Shown here piece after piece: positions 28,201-37,311 of a stretch of DNA of 64,000 bases. Source of the stretch: a virus (Duplodnaviria; Caudoviricetes); the IMG/VR virus record IMGVR_UViG_3300046820_001270, positions 1 through 64,000 of that record; one strand, written 5' to 3'. The notes under the pieces were generated by a model that made no database searches, had not been told where the DNA came from, and saw only the letters and a program-made list of their open reading frames with translations. The stretch's first letter is position 1; each line of letters starts with the position of its first letter. A program made the translations under genes and the position numbers.

Positions 28201-28594
28201 AGGTACAAATAACGAATCACAAATTTCATTGTATACTCAAAATACTGCAGGAGCATTAACTAGACAAGTATTAGTAGGTTCAACGGGTAATCTAACCGTT
28301 ACTGGAACTATTACCGAAAACTCATCATTACGATATAAAGAAAATGTTGAAACTATTAAATATGGTTTGGATAAAGTTCTTCAAATGAGAGGTGTTACAT
28401 ATGATAAAAAGGATAATGGTGTGAAGGAAATGGGTGTAATTGCAGAAGAAATTCATGAAGTTTTACCTGAAGTAGTTTTGAAAAATGAAGAAGGTGATAT
28501 AGATTCGGTTTCGTATGGTAGAATTACCGCAGTATTGATTGAAGCCATAAAAGATTTAAAGAAAGAAATTGAAGAATTAAAGGCAAATAAATAA
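25238..28594 (+). CDS. Tail fibre protein with C-terminal intramolecular chaperone (peptidase S74)
   Basis: N-term IVKLRRS...GELAINTTDGKIYF; Gly-X-Y blocks; C-term SSLRYKENV...RGVTY...MGVIAEE...SVSYGRITAVLIEAIKDL coiled coil. Confidence 0.88.
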   Translation: MSQIVKLRRSSTGGNRPTNSQLQLGELAINTTDGKIYFSKSGSLNTSIEEVLTTNTQNTGSLNLSGSFNLIGAENITGSLITTGSLRVLGDTSLTSLVVSGSDPVANVQAFVPDSTVYNNASFNSPDRVASGIRFNWSNENWTIGAARGLTTDVDGLVFSRNGVRQMLLDENNNLVLSGSINLTGSIYVNGAVVGTGKLDETTFNTYTGSNTSTFAGTSSYASYALTASYVSNPTIVSGSTKKTTVTSASTTWSLNHAMNERYPSITVFDSDGYVVIPTGVRAIDSNNIEVYFSEAQTGTVIATVGGSGAVGATGASGTNGTSGTSGADGIGGYTQTYASATTWSVAHNLDLDYPGVTVWDSNRKVIIPSEITSIDSNNLQITFPIAQAGEVHIVRGGHMISGSQDLSAVGTITPSANGLYNLGSVSKQFNNVYISGSLLVNGVPYSSGQNIDTSSFATTGSNTFKGTQTFSGSLIPVGSGSYDLGSESNPFRHLYLSSASLYIDGQKVLGSTNQELQITTDNGQSIKILEQGTDTITFQTVDGDIQLKSSGGGNILIDPTTGSVDIRGNVIVQDGFKILSSGGNSVVFADDIIVSGSANFTNGVTIGGVSYASATSGTSGSNGTNGSSGTSGSNGSSGTSGSNGTNGSSGTNGSSGSNGTNGTSGTNGTSGSNGTNGSSGTSVTVSGTNDVIGKFSSGTLVNSNITDNASLVNINSNTTITGSLTITQNLNVLGSSSITYTTASQLRVNDNVITVNASSPGVRFAGLSVIDSGSSPLVSGSFLFDSLNNQFVYVHTNQSTVTSSVVMVGAQTYNSLGNEILPTTNRVLKSLGQEHLGDSNISDNGTTVSINGGLIVTGSILSTVTPLVSGSSQISFNGITDKPSLVSGSSQIVYSGLTGIPSGIVSGSLQVDVMSTTNIARLATTGSNTFTANQNISTTRTNGSNTNVLTLSDNVTGVQTPGFGLRIQYQSNGTGVNAAIGLENGGGGTNNESQISLYTQNTAGALTRQVLVGSTGNLTVTGTITENSSLRYKENVETIKYGLDKVLQMRGVTYDKKDNGVKEMGVIAEEIHEVLPEVVLKNEEGDIDSVSYGRITAVLIEAIKDLKKEIEELKANK

Positions 28595-29478
28595 TGGCTA
28601 ATTTAAAAAACTTAACAATTAATGATACAGGTTTTTTAGGATTACCTAGTGGTACAACTGCACAAAGACCTGCATCTCCAACTGCTGGAATGATTAGGTA
28701 TAACACATCTTTATCAACAATAGAATTTTATAATGGTTCTTCGTGGGCAAATTATACAACAATATTAGGATTAACAGAATCAGCACCCGCAGCAAATGCC
28801 ACTGAAATATTAACTTATTATCCTAACGCAACTGATGGAGATTATTGGTATAAACCTAACGGATATGGTTCAGCAATTAAATGTTACACAAACTTTTCAA
28901 ACGCACCATCAGGAAAAGGATATGTTATGATTGCTAGAGGTAGAGAATCAACGGATTGGTGGAATAATTCAGGACAAAATACAGGAAGTGATGGTTTAGC
29001 CGCCGCAAATCTTACAACAAACACTCCAATTGCGGTTTCACCTGCAACATTTGTGGACGCATTGATTGGTGGAAGATGGGATTTGTTAAAAATGTTATTA
29101 AATAGAAGAAATAATGGTGATAGTTTTTACTTTGAAGGAAAAACCGCAACATCCGCATTTAATTGGACTTCATTCAATGCCAATTCTTCGGATAGAACTA
29201 CTACTGTTAAAAAAAATAGTGGACTTTTTAGAACAGGAACATTACAATTTGATATTACAGAAACAACTTTATGGACTGATACTTTATCTACAAGTGGATA
29301 TGGTGTAGCAAATAATTGTGATAGAACTTTTACTTGGACTTGGGCAGGACATCAAAGTGCTGGTGGTACACAATATCAAGGTTGGTCTGGTGGTAGTGGT
29401 TGTACACCGGCCGGATCATTTCAAGCTGCGGTGGAAGCCCATGCAATCCAATTAGTAAATCTTTATGTAGTTTGTTAA
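28594..29478 (+). CDS. Adhesin-like protein: shared N-terminal module plus fibrinogen-like head
   Basis: MANLKNLTINDTGFLGLPSGTTAQRP...GMIRYNT...EFYNG..W, then PAANATEI...DGDYWYKP...GYVMI. Confidence 0.65.
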   Translation: MANLKNLTINDTGFLGLPSGTTAQRPASPTAGMIRYNTSLSTIEFYNGSSWANYTTILGLTESAPAANATEILTYYPNATDGDYWYKPNGYGSAIKCYTNFSNAPSGKGYVMIARGRESTDWWNNSGQNTGSDGLAAANLTTNTPIAVSPATFVDALIGGRWDLLKMLLNRRNNGDSFYFEGKTATSAFNWTSFNANSSDRTTTVKKNSGLFRTGTLQFDITETTLWTDTLSTSGYGVANNCDRTFTWTWAGHQSAGGTQYQGWSGGSGCTPAGSFQAAVEAHAIQLVNLYVVC

Positions 29479-29479
29479 T

Positions 29480-30343
29480 ATGGCAACATTAAAAAATATA
29501 ACACTTTCATCAGACACGTCGGCATTACAATTGCCAATTGGTTCATCTGTGCAAAGACCCGTTAGCCCTACAAATGGATATTTAAGATTTAACGATGGAT
29601 TAAAAGTAGTTGAACACTTTCATTCTGAAACTTCAACTTGGAGATATCTACCCGATATTACAAGACAAGGTTTAATAGTTTATTATGATTTTGGTGAAAC
29701 AAATTGTTATAACGGTAGTGGAACAAATATAACAGATTTAAGTGGTGTTGGTAATAATGGAACATTAACAAATTCACCAACGTATAGTACAACCGATGGT
29801 GGAATAATTACATTTAATGGTTCTAATCATCACATATATAGAGGAAGTGTTATAAATCCACCAACTACAATTTTTAGTATGAATGTTGTTGCAAAATTTG
29901 CAGACACAGGTGCCGGTGGTAGATATGTAATGGCGTTAGGTAGAGATATTGGTACAAATGGTGGAATGGCACTTATTGCGTATGGTTATGCGGGTGCAAG
30001 TAATGAACTTATTTTTGAATTAGGTAGTTCATTCGGTAGAGTTAGTGCGGGAATAGTTCCTTCAACCGGTATATGGTATGATTTAACGGTAACCGCAGAT
30101 GGTACAACTACTAAATTTTATATAAATGGTACATTAAGAAATACAGGTACACAGAGTACGGGTCAAATTGCATCATCACCTGGTTTAAGTATTGGTTCTT
30201 ATTTAAGTGCGGCAATTCCACCCACAGCATCAAGTGCTTGGTTTAATGGTAATATAGCATCGGTTAAAATATATAATAGAGAGTTGACACACGCTGATGT
30301 AACTAAAAACTTTAGAGCACATAGAACTAGATTTGGATTATGA
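29480..30343 (+). CDS. Adhesin-like protein with LamG/concanavalin A-like domain
   Basis: Shared N-module; GLIVYYDFG...DLSG.GNNGTL...TFNG...WYDLTVT...FYING...IYNRELT. Confidence 0.8.
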   Translation: MATLKNITLSSDTSALQLPIGSSVQRPVSPTNGYLRFNDGLKVVEHFHSETSTWRYLPDITRQGLIVYYDFGETNCYNGSGTNITDLSGVGNNGTLTNSPTYSTTDGGIITFNGSNHHIYRGSVINPPTTIFSMNVVAKFADTGAGGRYVMALGRDIGTNGGMALIAYGYAGASNELIFELGSSFGRVSAGIVPSTGIWYDLTVTADGTTTKFYINGTLRNTGTQSTGQIASSPGLSIGSYLSAAIPPTASSAWFNGNIASVKIYNRELTHADVTKNFRAHRTRFGL

Positions 30344-30362
30344 TAAAAAAATTAAATAACTA

Positions 30363-31226
30363 ATGGCAAATTTATTAAATATTACAATAAACGATACGGG
30401 ACATATAACATTACCATCTGGTACAACTGCACAAAGACCATCCAGTCCATTAGTCGGTTATATTAGATTTAATACAACTATGGGTTTAGTTGAGTATTAT
30501 AATGGTAGTTATTGGATAGACCAAACAACCGGTAGAATTGCGGAAGGTGGTATTGTAACATCAAACTTATTACTTCATTTAGATAGTAGTAAACCAACAA
30601 GTTATCGTGGTGGTAATGTGTGGTATGATATTAGTTCACAATGTGCACATGGAATATTTGTAAATGGACCAACATATTCCCCAACGGAGAGTTCAGGTGG
30701 AGCAGTTACATTTGATGGAACTAATGATTATGTTAGAATTTCTACATTAAATACATTACCAACAACACAAATAACTATGGAAGGTTGGATTAAACCAACA
30801 AGAACGGTAAGTACAGGTACAGTAAGAGGTGGTGTAGTTTCTGCAACAAATACAACATATTTGGGTATATTTAACTCCGCCGATGGTGGTAGTACACACT
30901 CTTTACATTGGGCAAATACTACCGATAGTAGTAGACCCGCTAGTGCAGTTGGTAATATTCCCAATAATGTTTGGTCACACATTGTAGGTACGTGGGACGG
31001 TTCAACAAGTAGAGCATACGTGAATGGAACAGAAGTTTGGTCGGCAGCACAAACAGGAACAATTGCCGCCGCAACATATGTAGTTGGAACATATGGTAGT
31101 GGATTAGTAGATGCTTTACACAATTTTCAAGGACAAATTGCAATTGCAAGAATGTACAGTATAGGATTAAGTGGTGCTCAAGTTTTACAAAATTATAACG
31201 CGCAAAGAAATAGATTTAATATTTAA
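30363..31226 (+). CDS. Adhesin-like protein with LamG/concanavalin A-like domain
   Basis: Shared N-module; LLLHLDS...FDGTNDY...ITMEGWIK...WSHIVGTWDG...YVNG...NYNAQRNRFNI. Confidence 0.8.
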   Translation: MANLLNITINDTGHITLPSGTTAQRPSSPLVGYIRFNTTMGLVEYYNGSYWIDQTTGRIAEGGIVTSNLLLHLDSSKPTSYRGGNVWYDISSQCAHGIFVNGPTYSPTESSGGAVTFDGTNDYVRISTLNTLPTTQITMEGWIKPTRTVSTGTVRGGVVSATNTTYLGIFNSADGGSTHSLHWANTTDSSRPASAVGNIPNNVWSHIVGTWDGSTSRAYVNGTEVWSAAQTGTIAAATYVVGTYGSGLVDALHNFQGQIAIARMYSIGLSGAQVLQNYNAQRNRFNI

Positions 31227-31231
31227 ATATA

Positions 31232-31939
31232 ATGGCAAGTTTAAAAAATTTAACAATTAACGATACAGGATTTATTAAATTACCAACAGGTAGTACAGGT
31301 GAAAGACCATCTCCGTCCAATGGATACGTTAGATATAATACTACTTTAGGTAGGCCTGAAGTTTATGTTAATAACTGGTTAAATCCTTATGCTAGAATGG
31401 AAAGTTATTTACATTATTACGAAGGTAGAGACGCGAATTTGTATACGGGAAATTGGAATAATAGTACAACATTCACAATGTTAAACTTTGGCGAATTAGG
31501 ACATGTCACTGCACATGGTTGGTCGACAGGTCCTGCAACATATACATTAACATTGGGTTCAATACCAACACATACACAAGTTCGTTATATGGTATTTTGG
31601 CATTTAGTGGACTCATTGGATACCGAAACAAGTAATTTATATTTAATGAATTCATCAGGAACAGAAACTGAATTTTGGAGATTTACAAAAATTTACAATG
31701 CCGCACCATCAACATCAGTTTTACAATCAGGGGCATCCGCAACTTGGAGTAATCCAAAAACATACACTTATAGACCTTGGGGAAACGGTACTTATGGAAA
31801 TGATGGATATGTGATATTTGATAGTGGATATTATGACCACACATCAACATCATTTACAGCAAGACATGTGTGTGGAGCAGATCAGGCACAAGCAGATGAA
31901 GCACATTATCTTTCACATGTTCAATTATGGATAAAATAA
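31232..31939 (+). CDS. Adhesin-like protein: shared N-terminal module plus unrecognised beta-rich head
   Basis: MASLKNLTINDTGFIKLPTGSTGERP...GYVRYNT; aromatic-rich C-domain. Confidence 0.7.
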   Translation: MASLKNLTINDTGFIKLPTGSTGERPSPSNGYVRYNTTLGRPEVYVNNWLNPYARMESYLHYYEGRDANLYTGNWNNSTTFTMLNFGELGHVTAHGWSTGPATYTLTLGSIPTHTQVRYMVFWHLVDSLDTETSNLYLMNSSGTETEFWRFTKIYNAAPSTSVLQSGASATWSNPKTYTYRPWGNGTYGNDGYVIFDSGYYDHTSTSFTARHVCGADQAQADEAHYLSHVQLWIK

Positions 31940-31945
31940 AAAATT

Positions 31946-33595
31946 ATGGCAACACTTAAAAATACAACAATAACAAGTTCTAGTGGATATTTAGGATTAC
32001 CATCGGGAACGGGTACAGAAAGACCTACACCGGCAACAGGTATGATGAGATATAATTCAAGTCGTACTGAGGTTGAGGTGTATGATGGTACTAAGTGGAC
32101 GAGCGCACAAAAAAGAAAAGAAAATTATAGTACATCTGGTTTAGTTTGTTATATAGATGCAGGTGACCCACAATGTTATAGTGGTAATGGAAGTACATTA
32201 ACAGATTTATCAGGAAATTCAAATAATTTAACATTACCTGGCTCTGGAGTTTCGTTTAATACTTTAGGTGGAGGTTCTTTATATTTTAATGGAACCGCAC
32301 GAGCAAACGTTGCACATCATAGTTCATTAGATTTTACAGGTACACAACAATATACGGCTGTAATTTGGGTAAATCCATCTTTGGGTGGAACAACTTGGCA
32401 TGGATTAATAAGTAAAGGAGATGCACAACAATATGCGGCAACATTAAGAAGTGCATTCGGGTATATTCATTACGAAACAAATTATTCATTAGGCCCGATA
32501 GATACACCAACGAATTCAATAGTAGGGAATAAGTGGCAACAAGTTGTCATTAGAAGTAATGGGTCATCAAAAGCAACATTCATTGATACAATAAGATGTG
32601 CATATGTAACGGGATCCGTTAGTTCAACTACAAATACCGAAACATTGAGATTTGGCGAAGGAAATGGTGGGGAATTACTTATTGGATATTTGGGTGCGGT
32701 AATGATATATAATAGAGCATTAAGTGATGAAGAAATCGGAAATTTATTTAATGAACAAAGAGGTAGATATGGTGTAGATGCACCATTAGGTTCAGCATTT
32801 AATCCAGCAGATTCGGCACAAACAATAAAAACCTTAAATACAAATGCACCAAATGGTGTATATTATATAAATTTACCTAACGTTGGCCCAAGAAAAACAT
32901 TTTGTATAATGGATAGTGCCTTTGATGGTGGTGGTTGGATGATGGTAATGAAAGCTACACGAGGAACTACTTTTAATTATGCATCAAGTTATTGGACCAC
33001 TCAAAATGTATTAAATCAAAATAACTTAAATCAAGATGATGGTGATGCTAAATATGATGCATTCAATTATTTTGAAGGTACAGATTTAATGGCAAGATGG
33101 CCCGATATTACAACCAGTGGTGGTAGTATTGCGGGAACAGGAACTTGGACATGGATGGAAAAAGGGTTTAATGGTGGTAGAGATAGTACGCGAACAAATT
33201 TAGTAAATTTCTTTACTAATGCTGGAACATATGAAAATGGTTACGGTGGATACTTCAGAAGAGACGCAAAAACATTTACAGGTTGGGCAAATGGGATATT
33301 TTCAAGTCAGGTGGATATTAGATTTTATGGATTTAATTTTGATGGAGCTGGTAACTATTTTGGAAATGATATGACTAGAGTTAGATGGGGGTTTGGATGG
33401 AATGAAAACGGAGAAGGTTTATATTCATCTCCTGCAACATTAGCAACTGGTGGAGCACCTGGTTCAAATGATGTTGGTGGTGGAATTGGTATGGATACTC
33501 AATTTGGAAGTTATTCAGCAGGTGATAGAATTAATTGTTGTCAAGACACAACCGGTATCAATAGAACCGCTAGAGTAGAGGTCTATATTAGATAG
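31946..33595 (+). CDS. Adhesin-like protein with LamG plus fibrinogen-like domains
   Basis: Shared N-module; GLVCYIDAG...MIYNRALS (LamG); PADSAQTI...NGVYYI...FCIMD...GGGWMMVMK (fibrinogen-like). Confidence 0.8.
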   Translation: MATLKNTTITSSSGYLGLPSGTGTERPTPATGMMRYNSSRTEVEVYDGTKWTSAQKRKENYSTSGLVCYIDAGDPQCYSGNGSTLTDLSGNSNNLTLPGSGVSFNTLGGGSLYFNGTARANVAHHSSLDFTGTQQYTAVIWVNPSLGGTTWHGLISKGDAQQYAATLRSAFGYIHYETNYSLGPIDTPTNSIVGNKWQQVVIRSNGSSKATFIDTIRCAYVTGSVSSTTNTETLRFGEGNGGELLIGYLGAVMIYNRALSDEEIGNLFNEQRGRYGVDAPLGSAFNPADSAQTIKTLNTNAPNGVYYINLPNVGPRKTFCIMDSAFDGGGWMMVMKATRGTTFNYASSYWTTQNVLNQNNLNQDDGDAKYDAFNYFEGTDLMARWPDITTSGGSIAGTGTWTWMEKGFNGGRDSTRTNLVNFFTNAGTYENGYGGYFRRDAKTFTGWANGIFSSQVDIRFYGFNFDGAGNYFGNDMTRVRWGFGWNENGEGLYSSPATLATGGAPGSNDVGGGIGMDTQFGSYSAGDRINCCQDTTGINRTARVEVYIR

Positions 33596-33618
33596 TTTAA
33601 TTATTAAAATATTTTTCT

Positions 33619-33624
33619 TATATT
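33619..33624 (+). promoter_or_regulatory. TATATT box, likely promoter opening the tailoring island
   Basis: T-rich run then TATATT 6 nt before the ATG at 33631; same geometry at 48019-48024 before 48032. Confidence 0.4.
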
Positions 33625-33630
33625 ATCTTA

Positions 33631-34362
33631 ATGATTACTAATCAAGACTTCATAACAAATAATATAACGACCAATTTAGGTGAACCTGTTCCATATAAAT
33701 GGACACACGGGGCAACAACCAAACATATGGGTGATGGACTTATTGTATATTCAATAGTGCAACATATGAGGGCAAAAAATTGTCTTTGTATTGGTTCAGG
33801 TGGTGGTTATATACCCCGTATTATGACACAAGCAAGAATTGATTTACACAAGCAACAAATTTTTGAGGGAAATAGTGATTTAAATTGGGGAGATATTGGA
33901 ACGACCTATCTGGTTGACGCTTGCAATGGGGTAGGAGGACCTAACGACTTACAGGATGAGAATTCACACTTCCGTTATACTTTTCACCCCAGATTGATTA
34001 AATCAACGTCAGAAGAGGCGTATTATAATTTCTTTGTTTTACAGGATATTAAATTAGATTTTATCTTTATTGACGGAGATCATTCATATGAAGGAGTTAA
34101 AAAAGATTTTGAATTATATTCACAATTATTAACGGATAAAGGAATTATAATTATACACGATACAGATTCAGATTATGAGGAAAAACTCATAGTTTCTGAG
34201 GATGCAAAAAAAGATCACCATAGATTTGATGGACCATCTAAGTTTATTGAAGAATTAGAAAAAAACCCATCATATAATTTGATTAATTTATTTAATTTTG
34301 GTATATTACCTAATAAACCGTCATCTAGCGGTATTACGGTAATTAATAAGAAAAATGGTTAG
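33631..34362 (+). CDS. Class I SAM-dependent methyltransferase (Methyltransf_24-like, probable O-methyltransferase)
   Basis: LCIGSGGG, DFIFIDGDHSYEGVKKDF, IIIIHDT. Confidence 0.85.
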   Translation: MITNQDFITNNITTNLGEPVPYKWTHGATTKHMGDGLIVYSIVQHMRAKNCLCIGSGGGYIPRIMTQARIDLHKQQIFEGNSDLNWGDIGTTYLVDACNGVGGPNDLQDENSHFRYTFHPRLIKSTSEEAYYNFFVLQDIKLDFIFIDGDHSYEGVKKDFELYSQLLTDKGIIIIHDTDSDYEEKLIVSEDAKKDHHRFDGPSKFIEELEKNPSYNLINLFNFGILPNKPSSSGITVINKKNG

Positions 34363-35212
34363 ATTATTAACAGTTATTGGTCACGGAGTTAACTTACTTC
34401 CCCATTTCATCAAACATTATGAAAAACATGTAGATGAAATTAACATTGCCGTTTACGAGACTGAATTATATCCTAATTTAACTAAAGAGATTAATGAAGT
34501 AATAAAAAATTATGAAAAAGTTAAGGTTGTAATAACAATACAAGAAAGAGTATTTGATTGGGAAAAGGTAACACACTTATATAATTTTATCAAATCAAAA
34601 CAAAAAGATAGTTGGTATGTTATTGCAGATATTGATGAATTTCATTTATATCCAAATGATGATTTACATAAATTAATATATGACTGTCAAGAAAATAATT
34701 GGGACATTGTTAGAGGTGGATTTATTGATAGAATTGGTAGAGGAGGTGAGTTTAGTGAGTTAGTTAATGATATATCAATATGGGAACAATTCCCAAATGC
34801 GGGATTTTTTAGATATCCTATGAGTCAAGCGTGTCCAAATAAGATTTGTGTGATGAAAGGTTATGTTGACGTAACATCAGGACAACATTATGCTAAAATA
34901 GATGATCACACAACATGGAGGTGGCAAGGATGGGATCACCCGTTGATTGCACCAATTGAGACCCATTCAGTCCAAGTACATCATTTTAAATGGGATTCAA
35001 CATCAATTGAAAGAGTGTTAAATGTTGCAAACATTGACGAAGACTATGCATTTTCAAATGAGTATTTTAAAATGTATAAAGAACTTAAAAAAACAAACTT
35101 TAAAATAGATTTATTAAAGTCTGAATATATGTTTGAATTAGGATTAATTAATCCTGAATTTAATGATTATAAAAATTGGAATAAATTAATTAAAAAAATT
35201 GTTTCAATATAA
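34355..35212 (+). CDS. GT-A fold glycosyltransferase (GT2-like)
   Basis: LPHFIKHY, WYVIADIDEF (DxD), NKICVMK, VHHFKW. Confidence 0.7.
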   Translation: MVRLLTVIGHGVNLLPHFIKHYEKHVDEINIAVYETELYPNLTKEINEVIKNYEKVKVVITIQERVFDWEKVTHLYNFIKSKQKDSWYVIADIDEFHLYPNDDLHKLIYDCQENNWDIVRGGFIDRIGRGGEFSELVNDISIWEQFPNAGFFRYPMSQACPNKICVMKGYVDVTSGQHYAKIDDHTTWRWQGWDHPLIAPIETHSVQVHHFKWDSTSIERVLNVANIDEDYAFSNEYFKMYKELKKTNFKIDLLKSEYMFELGLINPEFNDYKNWNKLIKKIVSI

Positions 35213-36660
35213 TGAAATTAGCAATAATAGTACCGTATAGAGATAGACGTAGTAATTTAGATATATTCATACCACACATGGAAGAATTTTTATCTAACAA
35301 ACAAATAGATTATAAGATTTTTGTTTCAGAACAATCCGACGACAGACCATTTAATTATGGTAAAATTTGTAATGCTATATTTAATGAAATAAAAGATGAC
35401 TACGATTATTTTTGTTTTCATGATGTTGATATGTTACCAATAAACGACGATGCTGATTATTCGTATAAAGAAGAACCAACTCATTTAGTTTTTGAAGATG
35501 AAGATGAAAATGTAATATTACCGTACAATCAATATTTCGGCGGAGTAGTAATATTCAAAAAAGAAGATTTCATCAAAATAAATGGATTTGCAAATGATTA
35601 TTGGGGTAAAGGATATGTTGATTTAGATTTATTATTTAGATGTCAAAAAAACAATTTACCAATAATCAAAAATTATAATTACAGTGTTAAGAATAGTATA
35701 AAACAAGATCTTAAACACCGAAATATAAGTAAAAGATTATCTAAAGTTGAGTTATATGAAAATTCAATAATTGTTAATATGGATTCTAATATAATTGCAA
35801 AAGATTTTACGTTAAGCTTTTACTACACACAAAAACCATTTGTTACAAGTAAAGTTGTTTTATTCAGAACATTAGACACGGTAACAAATGCGGAAAAACA
35901 TAGCCATTTATTTGTTAGTAATAATGATCTACAAATTTTTACCGTAAATGGACAGTTAATTATTCAATTTATGAATAATAATAGTCTATTCCAAATTGAT
36001 ATTAATAGTAATATTGATTTAACCGCACTAAACCACTTTACATTTGTACATAATAGTAAAACAAAAGAATTTACGTTTTACTTAAATGGAATTGAACATA
36101 CAAGTAAAAAATATGACATAGATTACCAATTTTCAAATAAAAATGTTATTATTGGTAATATCGATAATAAAAATATTTTAGAATTATATGATTTAAAATT
36201 ATTTACCACTTCTTTAACAATAAATGAAATTATTAAAAATTATTACTACGGCATTGATTCAAATTGTTTAGATTTTAATCAATTATGTGTTTATCAAGAT
36301 ATTGACGTGTTATTAGATAAACAAATGAATATATGGAAATTAATGGCTAGAACAACGGTTACTAAAGAAAATCAAATTTTAGGTGAAACTAAGATTAATG
36401 ATAAATTAATTCATCAGTTTGGAAAAATAAAATATACACCAATTAAAATGAACGGTAGATATAAATTATTAAATAAAAAATATGAAGAAATTGAAGAAAC
36501 ACATCATCCGGATATTTTGGAAAACAAAAGAACATATTACGAGGACTTATTAAGTGGTAGAATAAAAATTGATAAATTCGGACTTAAGAGTGTAAAATAC
36601 AAATTACTAAATAGGGTGGATTTTAATGAAAACACTGAATGGTTAAAAGTTAGTTTATGA
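35212..36660 (+). CDS. GT7 (beta-1,4-galactosyltransferase-like) glycosyltransferase with lectin-like insert, divergent active site
   Basis: IIVPYRDR, PFNYGKICN, FHDVDMLP, YFGGV, NGFANDYWGKGYVDLD; fold resumes at GRYKLL...GLKSVKYK. Confidence 0.8.
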   Translation: MKLAIIVPYRDRRSNLDIFIPHMEEFLSNKQIDYKIFVSEQSDDRPFNYGKICNAIFNEIKDDYDYFCFHDVDMLPINDDADYSYKEEPTHLVFEDEDENVILPYNQYFGGVVIFKKEDFIKINGFANDYWGKGYVDLDLLFRCQKNNLPIIKNYNYSVKNSIKQDLKHRNISKRLSKVELYENSIIVNMDSNIIAKDFTLSFYYTQKPFVTSKVVLFRTLDTVTNAEKHSHLFVSNNDLQIFTVNGQLIIQFMNNNSLFQIDINSNIDLTALNHFTFVHNSKTKEFTFYLNGIEHTSKKYDIDYQFSNKNVIIGNIDNKNILELYDLKLFTTSLTINEIIKNYYYGIDSNCLDFNQLCVYQDIDVLLDKQMNIWKLMARTTVTKENQILGETKINDKLIHQFGKIKYTPIKMNGRYKLLNKKYEEIEETHHPDILENKRTYYEDLLSGRIKIDKFGLKSVKYKLLNRVDFNENTEWLKVSL

Positions 36661-37070
36661 TAAAGGAGTTATTACAAAATGAGATGTTTGTTCAAAAATT
36701 GGAAACAATTGCTGAAGAAATTAATTTAATAAAAGAAAATAAAGGTGATTTTAGTTTTTTTGTCCCCAAATTTATTATAAACATGGAAGGATTATTAAAA
36801 ATGTTCCATCCTAATGGATCAAATACATTTGATTACGCATCTAAATTTGAATCAACAAAAGAAGAGAAGATAAGATTACAGGAGGAAAAAAAACAACATT
36901 ACGAAACAATTGCAAGTGCGATGGAATTATATAAAAGAATTGAAGTAATTGATGCTAACATATCATATATTGAAAATGATATATCTGATTCAGAATGGAA
37001 AGTATGGAAGGAAGGTCATGAAGGTATCGCGTTTGATAAAGTAAAAAAATATTTAAATAAAAACAATTAA
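36657..37070 (+). CDS. Hypothetical helical protein
   Basis: 137 aa, ATGA-coupled to the upstream gene. Confidence 0.7.
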   Translation: MIKELLQNEMFVQKLETIAEEINLIKENKGDFSFFVPKFIINMEGLLKMFHPNGSNTFDYASKFESTKEEKIRLQEEKKQHYETIASAMELYKRIEVIDANISYIENDISDSEWKVWKEGHEGIAFDKVKKYLNKNN

Positions 37071-37071
37071 A

Positions 37072-37311
37072 ATGGAAAATAAGAAAGAATTAACAACAGA
37101 AGAAAGAGGAGTACAAGCATTAGAGAGTATTGCAAATTCTGCAAGAGACATAAGTGATTGGGTTTATTCTTTAAATACGGAATCGTGGTCTGAAAGACTT
37201 GAGTGGTATTTAAATGAATTTTACTTATTAGCAAAGGCTAAAACAATCGGATCATCAAATAGACCAACAAAAGAATATGAAGAAGAAACTGGCGATAGTA
37301 GTCCCTTATAG
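37072..37311 (+). CDS. Small hypothetical protein
   Basis: 79 aa, overlaps the next start. Confidence 0.65.
   Translation: MENKKELTTEERGVQALESIANSARDISDWVYSLNTESWSERLEWYLNEFYLLAKAKTIGSSNRPTKEYEEETGDSSPL

Noticed and set aside
28594-33595. Diversity-generating retroelement targeting the adhesin C-termini
   Set aside because: No reverse transcriptase and no template/variable repeat pair differing at adenines was noticed in this window.
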